DNA of 64,000 nt. Source: Lama guanicoe (Eukaryota). A program made the translations under genes and the position numbers. The notes under the pieces were generated by a model. The model was not told the DNA's origin. It was given only the letters and a program-made list of their open reading frames with translations, and ran no database searches. Positions within the stretch are counted from its first letter, which is position 1, and each line of letters begins with the position of its first letter. The stretch is taken from contig MU054925.1 in NCBI GenBank assembly GCA_013239625.1, forward strand, positions 5,026,018-5,090,017, given 5' to 3'. Shown piece by piece: positions 53,602 to 64,000 of the stretch.

Positions 53602-54600
53602 GGAAAGCTTATTGTGTGCTTGTTACTGGACCAAATATTAGAGACAAGTCTACACTCATAAGAATGGCTGGCCTATTAGCTGTAATGGCCCAGATGGATT
53701 GTTATGTACTAGCTGAAATGTGTAAGCTCACACCAATTGATAGAGCGTTTACTACACTTGGTGCCTCAGACAGAGTAATGTCAGGTGAAAGTACATTTTT
53801 TCTTGAATTGAGTGAAACTGCCAGTATACTTACACGTGCAGCAGCACATTCTTTGGTACTTGTGGATGAATTAGGAAGAGGTACGGCAACATTTGATGAG
53901 ACAGCCATAGCAAATGCAGTTGTTAACAAACTTGCTGGGAATATAAAGTACCATACATATAAAAGAAAGATAAAGAAATAAAAAATAGTGTCATACACTA
54001 TTTCTACCCACTACTATTCATTAGTTGAAGACTATTCTCAAAATGTTGCAGGGTGCCTAGGACACATGGCATACATGGTAGAAAATGAATGTGAAGACCC
54101 CAGCCAGAAGACTATTAGTTTCCTCTACAAATTCATTAAAGGAGCTTGTCCTGAAAGCTACAGCTTTGATGCAGCAAGGCTTGCTAATCTTCTACAGGAA
54201 GTTATTCAAAAGGGACATTGAAAAGCAAGAGAATTTGAGAAGATGACTGAGTCATTGCGGTTATTCTGGGAAGTTAGTCTAGCTAGTGAAAGGTGGACTG
54301 TAAATGCTAAAACTGTCTGTAAGTTGCTGATTTTTATTGAGGACATATAGACTACACAGGAAGCTTTGAGTTAACTTAACAAAGGTGGTAAATTCAGACA
54401 TTATGATCTAATAAACCTTATTTTTTAAAAATGAAAAAAAGTCAGCATTCTTTGTAGCAGTAGAGAACAGATTAGAAGATGAATGACCATCAATCAGAAA
54501 AAAAATCAAATAAAATAGATCCAGAATAATGGAGTTTGAGAAATTTCCATCAATTAATGGATAAAAAGCATGGTATAGGAAGGAGAAAATATGATTTCAT
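51950..54600 (+). mobile_element. Highly decayed ancient L1 (L1M-type) ORF2/3' fragments, interrupted by the MSH6 retrocopy
   Basis: L1-like motifs on both sides of the retrocopy: ctagagttaataag...aaaaaatcagta, cagtggaacagaacaga, aaagacatgaaaga, and after it cagcattctttgtagc...ccatcaat. Confidence 0.55.
53219..54440 (+). pseudogene. MSH6: 5'-truncated processed pseudogene (retrocopy) of MSH6: C-terminal ATPase region, 3' UTR and poly(A) remnant
   Basis: Intronless translation [21 protein letters not shown]...CRPVILLP...[10 protein letters not shown]...[11 protein letters not shown]...KLLIFIEDI* (TAG ends 54350). In-frame stops at 53337, 53400, 53979 and 54219. Walker A GPNMGGKST has become [12 protein letters not shown]6-like 3' UTR with AATAAA at 54410-54415 and an A-tail to 54440. 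Confidence 0.95.
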
Positions 54601-55027
54601 TTTTGTAAAGCAGAGCCTCACTCCCCTCAAATAAAAAAGAAGACACACATCAAACCTTCCATAGCCAAGTCTCTGAAATGATTAGCCTCCTTAGATATGA
54701 TCTTTTACTTAGAAGGCCAGCATTTTGCTTTTATAAAACAATCATAACAGACATCTCTACCAGCAATCCTTTATCTCTTGAATGTTCTGCATAATAGTAT
54801 GTGAAGAGTCATTTTGAATATTCTGTGCATTGACATGTGAAATCAGAGATTCTCATTACTAACGTGGTGAAATGTAGACAAGTCAATTTCCTGACGTTAT
54901 CTAGGTCCCGGAAGATTTTGCTTATACACTGGAGAAGGGAGAAGGGTCTGGGGACTCCACATAGTTTGGGAACTTAAGGCATCTTGGAATCCATCTCTGC
55001 TCTAACCAACCCTGCCTTTCCCTGTAG

Positions 55028-55120
55028 GAGAATGCAAGGGAGTGTGGGGGTGCACCGAGTCTCCAGGCCAAGATGGTCCTTATCCTGTTCCCTCTGCTTT
55101 TGATGCTCTTCTCAAGGTGA
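55028..55120 (+). CDS. CACNA2D3: CACNA2D3 terminal coding exon: ENARECGGAPSLQAKMVLILFPLLLMLFSR* (GPI-anchor signal: small-residue CGG site, spacer, hydrophobic tail)
   Basis: cctttccctgtag acceptor (AG 55026-55027), phase 0, TGA at 55118-55120. Alpha2delta subunits are known to be GPI-anchored. Confidence 0.96.
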   Translation, partial: ENARECGGAPSLQAKMVLILFPLLLMLFSR

Positions 55121-55445
55121 CACTGACGGAGATGTTCTCTTGGCATGCTAAATTATGGATAAACTGTGAACCAAAATATGGTGCAACATAGGAGACATGA
55201 AATATAGTCCAACCATCAACATCTCATGATTTTAAACTGTGCGTGATATCAACTCTTAACAATATGTTGACACAAAAAGTTATCTTTTTATTTTGCCAGT
55301 CATGCAAATGTGAGTTTGCTACATTATAATCACCCTTCATCAGAAATGGGACTGCAAGTGGGCAGTGTCCCTTCTGCTTGAAACCCATTGAAATCAATTT
55401 AAACTGTGTACTTTTTAAATAAAGTATATTAAAATCATAATCTCC
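55121..55445 (+). other. CACNA2D3: CACNA2D3 3' UTR (3' end approximate)
   Basis: Lies between the stop codon and the poly(A) signal cluster. Confidence 0.75.
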
Positions 55446-55470
55446 TGGCTTCAGTTTTGTTATTTTATTG
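55418..55470 (+). terminator. Polyadenylation signal of CACNA2D3
   Basis: AATAAA at 55418-55423 and ATTAAA at 55428-55433, followed by a U/GU-rich element (tcagttttgttattttattg, 55451-55470). An upstream TGTA lies at about 55407. Confidence 0.75.
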
Positions 55471-55974
55471 CTGAAAATACAGAGTGGAAAGTGCATGAAA
55501 AAGTCACCCATTCCAGACAGCAGGAAAAGATGATTGTTGGAAGAGACTTTACTCTAAAGCAGATTCTAGACAAATATTTAACAATTGTTTAGATGCTCCA
55601 CTCTCAGTTATAAAAATATTTATAGAAGTAAATCAGAATATCATCTGCATGAGAATAATTTATTACACAGAACCCTGAATTTTGTTGAACAAAACTTCAA
55701 TAGAAATCATACTTTGGTTGAGAACACAAGCTTCCATGATATTTAAGTGTTGAACTATTTGGGAATAGAAATAAAGAAGTCATAAATCCTAGGAATTCAT
55801 TCTGAGAAGACTTGAAGGAGGAAAAGAACAATGACTGCAAATGACCCTCAGACTTATTGCTTGAGAATTTGGCTTCTGGCTTTCCCTGTAAACGAGATGA
55901 AATTCAGTCTTATATGTTACATGATGTGAAACTACCCAGACCTGTAAGCATTCCTGGAACGCTGGATTCCAAAC

Positions 55975-55975
<1 letters not shown>

Positions 55976-56025
<50 letters not shown>

Positions 56026-56057
56026 AAAAAAAAAAAAAAAAAAAAAACAAAAAAAAA
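55976..56057 (+). repeat. 82-nt poly(A) tract (45 uninterrupted A)
   Basis: Directly visible; flanked by aaacc on both sides. Confidence 0.95.
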
Positions 56058-57164
56058 CCAACAAATTCCAGTGAATCATGGTTACCAAATAACCATTCCA
56101 ACTGGAATAATTTCCATGCCTTGATTTATAAGAGACATCTAAAAGTCATATGGAGAAATCAACCTAAACTCTTTAAAAAAAAAAAAGCCACATTATCCTG
56201 TTGATATTTTGGAAAAACTAATGTTATCATTCTACTTTATACTAAAATGACTTCCATATTCATTGGAAACACAATACTACATTGCTATACTTCTTTAAAT
56301 TATTATTCCTCCAGTGTTGCTAACAATATAACAATGTTACAACATGCCAAGCTGTCAAAATTTTAACAAATATTGTGACCATTGAGGTCATTGGTATTGT
56401 TTACTCTTGTGGACTAAGTAGATGAATAAATTCATGTTGCTCACACAAATATCAAACTATATTATGTTTATACTAAGCAATCATAATGTAATTTTTTTTA
56501 TAAAAGTAACATCACATGACTTACCAGTTTCCACTATAATTCTAAAGAACTGGTAACAGAAGGTCATGTATGTTACGGTATAATGCCTGTAATTTAATAC
56601 TAATGGGACAGAATATTTGTGATATATTTGTAATTATACTCCTTATACCATTCTAATCAATGGAGTGGTGTCATTTTGGGTACAATGTAATAGAACATAG
56701 TTGAGTCACACTGGACTCAGCATTGCTGGGCATCACCGTCATGTGAATGACCACCCACCCAGCACCTCAGATTCTCAGTCCTCTCATTGACTCCAACCAG
56801 CTGTCCACTCCATTTATTTACTTGGATAATTTTCTCCAACTTAATGTGTCCCAAGCAAAATCTTGATCCCCCTCCAGCAAATTTTTTTCTTCCTACTGAC
56901 TCTGCTTCTCAAACCCCCAAATCTTGGAGCCACCTGTGTTCACACTATTAACCTCCTCTCATCGTTCAGTGAGTCTCACGAGTTCATCCCTCCACCCACA
57001 CCATCCCTTCACTGCTGCGATCCTCTTTCAAGACAGTATCCTGTCCCCTCTCACACTGCATCCTCATTGGACTCCTCTCTGCCACTCTCAGCAACCCTCA
57101 AAATATCAGTTCATACCCTTGGCCACTGCAATTAGAAAATATACAGACTCCTCCTCATAGTCCA

Positions 57165-57303
57165 CAGTAGTGCCTCTCAAACTCTCCATTGCATTAGAGT
57201 CACATGGGGAGCTTTCAAAAATCTTGGCTCTCTAGGGCAGGACCCAGGCATTTTTTTTTAAACTTCCCGTGATGCTAATGTGAAGCCAAGTTTGAGAACC
57301 ACT
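57165..57303. mobile_element. MER5-family MITE
   Basis: tgcattagagtcacatggggagctttcaaaaat...gtgatgctaatgtgaagccaagtttgagaaccact. Confidence 0.7.
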
Positions 57304-57624
57304 ACCCTGTAGGTCCTATGAGTTCTCAGCTCTAGGCACTGCCTTCCTTTCTAGCATCGTCACATGCTTCTCTGTCCCATTCTCAAGATGTTCCACTGAC
57401 CTGCCTTCTCTCTCTGAAAATACAGGGCTTTTGCTCTTCTTGTGCCCTCTGCCTGGAGGGCTCCAGATCCTGGTCTCCACGTATCTGCTCCTTCTTACCA
57501 CACAGGCAGAGTTAAAATAATCCCTTCCTCTCTAATGTTCATGGCTTTGTCTCCAGCCTCTGGAGCAGCATCTGGCACATAATAAAAATAAAACCACCAC
57601 CACCAATTACAAACCTAGCAGCAG

Positions 57625-57850
57625 ATGTTTACTGAGATCTGACTGTCCATCTGGCACTATTTGAAGTAACTTACTTGTTTGATTAACCCGTGGGAGCCTA
57701 GCAACAAACCTAGGGAGTACATGTGATTATTATCTCCATTTTACAGATGACAAGATAAAGGCACAAAGAAGGAAGTAATTTTCCCAAGGTCACATGGCTG
57801 AAAAGTGACAGAGCTGAAATTTGAACCCAGGCAATTCGGCTCCAGGTCTA
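57625..57850 (-). mobile_element. MIR SINE
   Basis: tatctccattttacagatga...ttcccaaggtcacatggct...atttgaacccaggca. Confidence 0.85.
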
Positions 57851-58587
57851 GGTACACAGCTAATCAAATACTAAATGAATGAGTGAATGACCAATAACCT
57901 TGTACTGCTACATCTCAGCATCTCCCACCCAAAGACATTATTTTCATCTCCCCTAACTGCTGGGGCTTCTTCCCCTGCTCTCCAATACAAGCCTCCAGCT
58001 CAGCTCCCTAACTGCTGCTGCTATGCCTGTCCTCCCAGCTCCAGGCTGTTTTCTGCCATCCATTAGCTCTGCCTTGCCCCCACTTCCCCCTTTATCTAGC
58101 TTAAAGTTCCCACCCCACAGTTGCACTCTTATGGTTGGTTACCTGGTGGGTTTTTATGGGTTGCTGAGCACAGCTGGGCAGAACGGTGGGCACCCCATAA
58201 AAACCTCTATCATTAGGCTCCACTAGGCCATCAGCCCAATCCAGAAACACATTCTTTCTCAACTCAGCTTCTATCTCACTCTCCTCAACAAATATTTCAA
58301 ATTTTCTTCACTGTCCTTGAAACATGGGCCATCCTCACTGCCCTCTTGATTCCTATTTCTCTGTTAAAAGAGAAGTCACCTGAAAGTGGTAGGTCATTGT
58401 ATGACTCTTTAAGAATATTTGTAGTACTGAGTGGTACAGCTAAATGGAAATGTTGTTACTAATATAGATTGTGTCAACCGATAAAAAGATTATGAAGCAA
58501 TATACACAATTACTAAAATAATAGTTTATGGCAGAGTATCGAATACTAGTATTCTAACTAGTATTATTGTTGTTAGTATTGAAAATG

Positions 58588-58607
58588 GTGTGTGTGTGTG
58601 TGTGTGT
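58588..58607. repeat. (GT)n microsatellite, ~10 units
   Basis: Directly visible. Confidence 0.9.
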
Positions 58608-58924
58608 ATTTACATACTCTATTAGTCATCAGTTGTAATTGATAAAATGTAGATGATCCTGGCAGATGTAAGAGAATGAACTAGTAAGATATGCCACAGC
58701 ATAAAGTCATCTAACACCAGCAGCATTGCAATTGAAACTGGAGAGAATCATGCGTGATTTTTCTACTAGCTCCTATTGTAACCTTGCTCCCACTGTTGTA
58801 AATAGCATAATGTAGAGTGTAGAAACACAGTATTTGAAAAAAATGCTAGGCAACAGAGCAAAAAGTGACAGTACTATTATTGTTAAATGCTCTTGGGAAA
58901 AGGCAGGATATAACTGAATTTACT

Positions 58925-59415
58925 GTGGCCTTCCAGGTCTTAACACTACCTGCCCTTTCTCCGCATCACTTCTTTGACCTCTGCATACATTCCTTTCCCC
59001 TCTGCTTGACCCACAGGGTCTTCATGTTCCTCAAGTATGCTAAGTGGGCACTTGCCTCAAGGCCCTTGCACATGCCATTCCTTCTTCATGGGGTTCTCTT
59101 TCCCCCAGATATTGGCATGCCTTCCTCCCTTACCAGCTTCTGGTCCTTCCTTCTTCGGCAGTCTACCCTGACCTCCCTGTTTACAGTTGTAACTTCCACA
59201 CAGCTCCACCCTTTCCTCTTCCCTGCTTGATATTCCTTCATAGCCGTTATTACCATTGGATTTGTTTATTTTTGTTTCTCCTCAGGTGAATATAAACCGA
59301 GAAGGCAAGGATTTTGTCTTTTTTTTTTTTCTCACCGCTATAGTCTCATTTCCAAGAACAGAAGATTAAAGTATGACTCAGAGCAGACCCTCAATCAACA
59401 TTTAAACAAGTAAGC
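58925..59415 (+). mobile_element. L2 3' end
   Basis: gcctcaaggcccttgcacatgccattccttc...gaaggcaaggattttgtc...ctcaatcaacattt. Confidence 0.75.
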
Positions 59416-60471
59416 AAGTGATAGTAGTGGTAAGAGCTGTGCTACCAGTGTAGGGGGTGATTGTGTGTATATACCCCTGTGGTGCAGTGCTGTGTGGGAG
59501 CATCATCGTTACCACAGAGGGCAGGGAGTAATGCAATATTCCATATGATCCTGCCATTGCTAAGTTTTGAAGATTCCTATTTTCAGTATTAATGATTGGT
59601 GCCAGTCATATCCAGAGGTAGCCTATCACAGAACTTTTTTTATTAAATATTAAATATTTTATTAAAATATTTGGCTTGCCACTTAAGAAGATGAACTATT
59701 AAGTGACATAATATAACACTATATAGTATAATTAGTTACTAAATTGTTACTAAAATTATAGGCTTTGACATTCAATATAATTGGCAACAGATTCAGAAGT
59801 AGCAATATTCTTCCTAAAATGTAGAAAGCTTTCATATATGTGTATATAAATAAATCATATAAAACATATTTTATATGTATACAGTAGATAAAATTTATAA
59901 AAATATAGTGGAACAGTTGCAATATTTATTGAGGGTAGAATAGTAAAACACAGCATAGACAAGAATAATGGTGAGATACCTTTATCTGTCCTAAAATTAA
60001 CAGCAGGGCAACCTCATACACTATACTTTCATTAGCAGTACTGAAGAAAACAGTATTAAGATGACATAGGACACTAAAATAAGGTAGTAATGGCAGGGGT
60101 AAAGACTACTTTAACGTATGAAGTAGTTTAAGATAAGGACATGGAGCATTATTTTTTAAATTGTGAGCAGTGCAGCATTGTAGAGGATGTTTCTCTTGTT
60201 ATAAGAGACTGTATAGTGTAGTAAAATGTTAAAATCATAGAAGAGCACAGTTTTATTGCTGTTAATATTGGAAGTTGTAATAATTTAACAGACCCTTGAG
60301 GGCCATTTGCAGTGTCTGCAATTTGGAAGCTTTGTAAAGATGCCTCTAATTGACACACATAAGCTGGGGAGTCTGTCGCAGGTATTTCCACTAACATGAC
60401 TGTCATATATGTCCAGCTCAGAGCAGCTGCAATTCCTGCTGGGGACTTTGCAGGCGTCATTTCCCCTTATC

Positions 60472-60697
60472 CAGTGATTACAAATCCTGGGCAACTTTGC
60501 CCACTGGGGAACATTTGGCAATGTCTGGAGACATTTTTTGGTCGTCACAATTTTGGACAAGGGGAGGTGCTACTGGCATCAAGTTGGGTAGAGGCCAGGG
60601 ATGCTATTATTAAACATCTTCCAAAGTACAGGACAGCCTGTGTGACAAAGAATTATTCACTCAAGCATTTTAATAGTGCTAGAGGTGAGAAACCCTG
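60472..60697 (+). mobile_element. MER20, full length
   Basis: acatttggcaatgtctggagacatttttt...gctactggcatc...gtagaggccagggatgct...gagaaaccctg. The 8-bp flanks cccttatc and ctctaatc match at 6/8. Confidence 0.92.
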
Positions 60698-61772
60698 CTC
60701 TAATCCTTTAACGATCAATCAAGTTTTGTCTTACAAATTAATAGATGCCATCTTCTAGATCCCCGCGTGGCATCTAAATTGTGGATTTGCTCCACCAATG
60801 CTAGGAATCCCTTACATAGTATAAGATGCTAAAGTACAGATGGAATTCAGTAGCAATCCAGGTTTTTCATATCTTGAACTACTCAGATGCTGGGGTGCTT
60901 CTTGTCCTCCCGGTCTCAGCAGTCCTTCACGGAACATGCAGCAGTACACTCTCACCGCCAGCTGTTTCATTCAGAGCACAGTACTCGTGAGGCACTGCCA
61001 TCTTCCTGTTCACTCTCAGTCTCCCCTCCCCATCCCCTGTGCTCAGGGGTGGGAGTCAGCTGTCTTGTTTGCTGCTGTATTCCAGATGACTGGAATTGCT
61101 CCTCAACTTCAGTGACACCCAGGAAGTGTTGGCTGAATGAATAAATAAGCCACCCCTACAATATCATTTATCAGAGCATCTATTTACAAGTTACTGCACA
61201 AAGAACTTTCTGTCATAATTTCATGCACCTGCTATTATTCTTTTGGGGAAACTGAGGCTCCACAAGCAAGTTAACCAAATTGCTAGAGCCGGTAAGAGGC
61301 AGGGCCTTACTCCACACTTTTCACCCTTAACCATTAGAATACTCTGTACCATATGCAAAGATACCAGTAAAATTACTATGGTTTTTGTACACTTTGCAGC
61401 AGGCCCCAGTCCCCTTGGGTAGGTAAGAAGTCAGGATGGTAAAATTTCTAGTTTAGGATACCATAATTCAGCAGCATTTAGACACACTAAAGGCAATATA
61501 CCATAGTAGGTTTGAGGGATAGTTTTGTTAACTATGTCTAGAAACAGCATAATTATATGACATTGTGGCTACATCTTTAGTATATTCAGAATACAGTACT
61601 TTCCACTCATATACACATTGTAGTTNNNNNNNNNNNNNNNNNNNNNNNNNNNNNNNNNNNNNNNNNNNNNNNNNNNNNNNNNNNNNNNNNNNNNNNNNNN
61701 NNNNNNNNNNNNNNNNNNNNNNNNNNNNNNNNNNNNNNNNNNNNNNNNNNNNNNNNNNNNNNNNNNNNNNNN

Positions 61773-61955
61773 AAACTTTCTTTAAGGACACTGAAATTTG
61801 AATTTCATGTATTTTCACATGTCACAAAATATCATTCCTCTTTAGAGGTTTATTCAAGCATTTAAAAATGTAAACACCACTCTTAACCTGAAAACTGTAC
61901 AAAACAGGCAGTGGGCCAGATTTGATGTGTGGGCCATAGTTGGTCAAAACTCCTT
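61773..61955 (+). mobile_element. MER58B-like (hAT-Charlie) element; the 5' part lies in the N-run
   Basis: ctgaaatttgaatttcatgtattttcacatgtcacaaaata...aacaggcagtgggccagatttg...gggccatagtt. Confidence 0.8.
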
Positions 61956-64000
61956 GATTTAGAATATTGCTGCTGCCAATTTTTGAAGTGCTCATAACAT
62001 GATGAATTAGGCCTGTCCTTGCAACTTACAGGCATGCCTGCTAGCAGAGTGTCAGTGCTATCAGTACTGGAGCTTCTATAGTGCAGATATGACTGTGAGA
62101 TTTTTACTTTAACATCATACAAACTAGCACTCTTTCAAACACTGTAAGTACCATAGTATAATCTAATGTCTTCATGTGTATGTAACTACAAGTGTAAAGA
62201 GCATGACTCACTGTAGTGTGCTGGAGTTATTTCTGCTCGAGGTGTAAGGTGAGGGTCGAGGCTGAAATAATGCAAGTCAACACAGTATATTATCATTTCT
62301 GTCCCCACAATTATATATCATAAAGCAAAACATAAAATCACACTGCTACTACCAACACTGGCTGTCTGAAAGCAGTTACTTCCCTCAGCCTGTGCTGTGT
62401 TGTGTGGCCCTAAACTGTAATGTTGTGTGTCATATTACTGCTCTACCCCATGATATTTGGCTACAAGAATCTTGTTAACAAAAATCCTACCACGAAATTC
62501 TATACCAAGTGATACTATATTGTAATTGCTACAATTTTAATTATTTTTACTATTATATTAATACTGCATACTCATTCTGGTAAGAATAACACTTCCAGGC
62601 TACTTAGAAATAATATTACTATATAATATGCTATCAACTATTTGAGCCAATTTGGTAAAAGCAAAGCTACCATCTTATCCTAGGTTGCATTGACCTCCTC
62701 TGCTCTCCTCTGCTTTAATACTATTGATGATAATTTTAACTCTTTTTTTTTTTGCCCACAACTTTATATCATTCTGTCCTCAATTATACCTTACCTCTAA
62801 TGATGGCAGAATTCAGACAGTACTGCTTATGATGGGCGATCTGTGACTTAGTCAATTTGTGCTGACTGTAAACATGGCAAAAATGGCACTTATAAAGCTT
62901 AATCTGCAGACTGTCCTATTTTACTTTTACATCACACTTGGATGTATTAGTGGCATCTCAGTCTTGACACGCCCCATAGATCCCTGTATTTTCCCTTCCA
63001 ATTTTCCCTGTTTTCTCACCTCAGTAGACAGCCTCACCAGCCCCACACCACCACCCAGTGACATAATCCAAGTGCTTATGAACCATCTTGACTCCTCTTT
63101 TCCCCACTCCACATCCAACCTCCAGGAAGTCCTGCTGACTATCTCTTCAAAACATATTCAGATTTTCCTGCTATGCTTTATCTCATCTACCAACCTTAGT
63201 ACAAGACATGAGCCTCTCTCCACAGAACAAGTGAAGTAGCCTACTCAAAGATCTCTGTGCAGCTCATCGTCACCGCCCGCATCCTCCCCCTGGATCTGTT
63301 TTCCTCATAGAAGACAGGTCAAGTTGTATCACTTTGCTTATTCTTCCATTGGAAGTGCACAGATGTCTCCAACCTACTCAAAATGCATAAAAACTTAAGA
63401 TGGTTTGATGAGTGAATAGAAAGATAGTAAACTGAGTAGCTTTGGGTCAGTATCTTCAGCTGTCTGAAATGTAATCTTCTCACCTATAAACAGGGATAGT
63501 AAAAGGCCTCCTCACAAGACAGTTTAGGACATAAATGTTTTCATGTAGGTGAAGTGTAAAGATGGTTCCTTTCACACAGGAAGCAGACACTAATATCATC
63601 CATTATTCAAAGTCATGGTATAGATCTTATACAACCAAAATGAATTTTGCTCACAACAATCTTGGATTATTTCATTTTTCTATTTAAAAACCTCCAGAGG
63701 CTCCCTTGTATCCATCAAATAAAGCTCAAAGATCTTACCATGTAGCCATGCTCTGATTCACCTGCTTTGGCCAGGACCCATACCAGGACCAGCTTTTAGG
63801 CTTCCCATTCCTGCTACCCACAAACACAAGTATGAGCAAAGAGGTCCTTGTCCCAACCTCACATGCTCCCTTTTCAAATCTCAAATAAAAATACCCAACT
63901 GCATGGCAGGCATCTTAAGTGAATGCAGACCAGTGCCCCATGGAGGCGTACGAAACCCGTTTTGGGGAAAGCAAGTGGCACAAGGCCTGACAAACACCAT

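Noticed and set aside
53702-53998. 98-aa antisense ORF
   Set aside because: It is the shadow frame of the MSH6 coding sequence and has no independent features.
53418-54221. 187-aa and 77-aa MutS-like ORFs as a functional nested gene
   Set aside because: They are fragments of the MSH6 retrocopy: GTG starts, flanking in-frame stops, a destroyed Walker A motif, an internal insertion and no evident promoter.
55789-56204. Poly-Lys and poly-Phe ORFs
   Set aside because: They are translations of the poly(A) tract.
495-63239. Remaining 60-130 aa ORFs in the track
   Set aside because: Their lengths are as expected by chance, many start at TTG or GTG, they lack recognisable domains, and many overlap decayed repeats.

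Overview
This is mammalian genomic DNA. The L1 3'-end sequences and the absence of Alu, B1, Bov-A or CAN SINEs suggest a camelid (inference). The window holds the last seven coding exons, the stop codon and the 3' UTR of CACNA2D3 (voltage-gated Ca2+ channel alpha2delta-3 subunit) on the + strand; these would be exons 32-38 if the 38-exon human numbering applies. The exons splice in frame to ...RITLYDYQAMC...ENARECGGAPSLQAKMVLILFPLLLMLFSR*. The penultimate intron (51258-51476) is a minor-spliceosome AT-AC intron overlapped by an in-frame GT-AG alternative. The terminal intron carries a decayed, sense-oriented MSH6 processed pseudogene. The rest is intronic or downstream DNA with L1, L2, MIR, hAT (MER5/MER20/MER45/MER58) and MLT remnants, microsatellites, two short locally duplicated segments and six N-runs. 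I found no self-contained novel gene system. The best lead is a cluster of RNA-processing options around the U12 intron that could decide whether alpha2delta-3 keeps its GPI-anchor signal. Protein and repeat identities come from recall of the families, not from database searches, and repeat boundaries are approximate.
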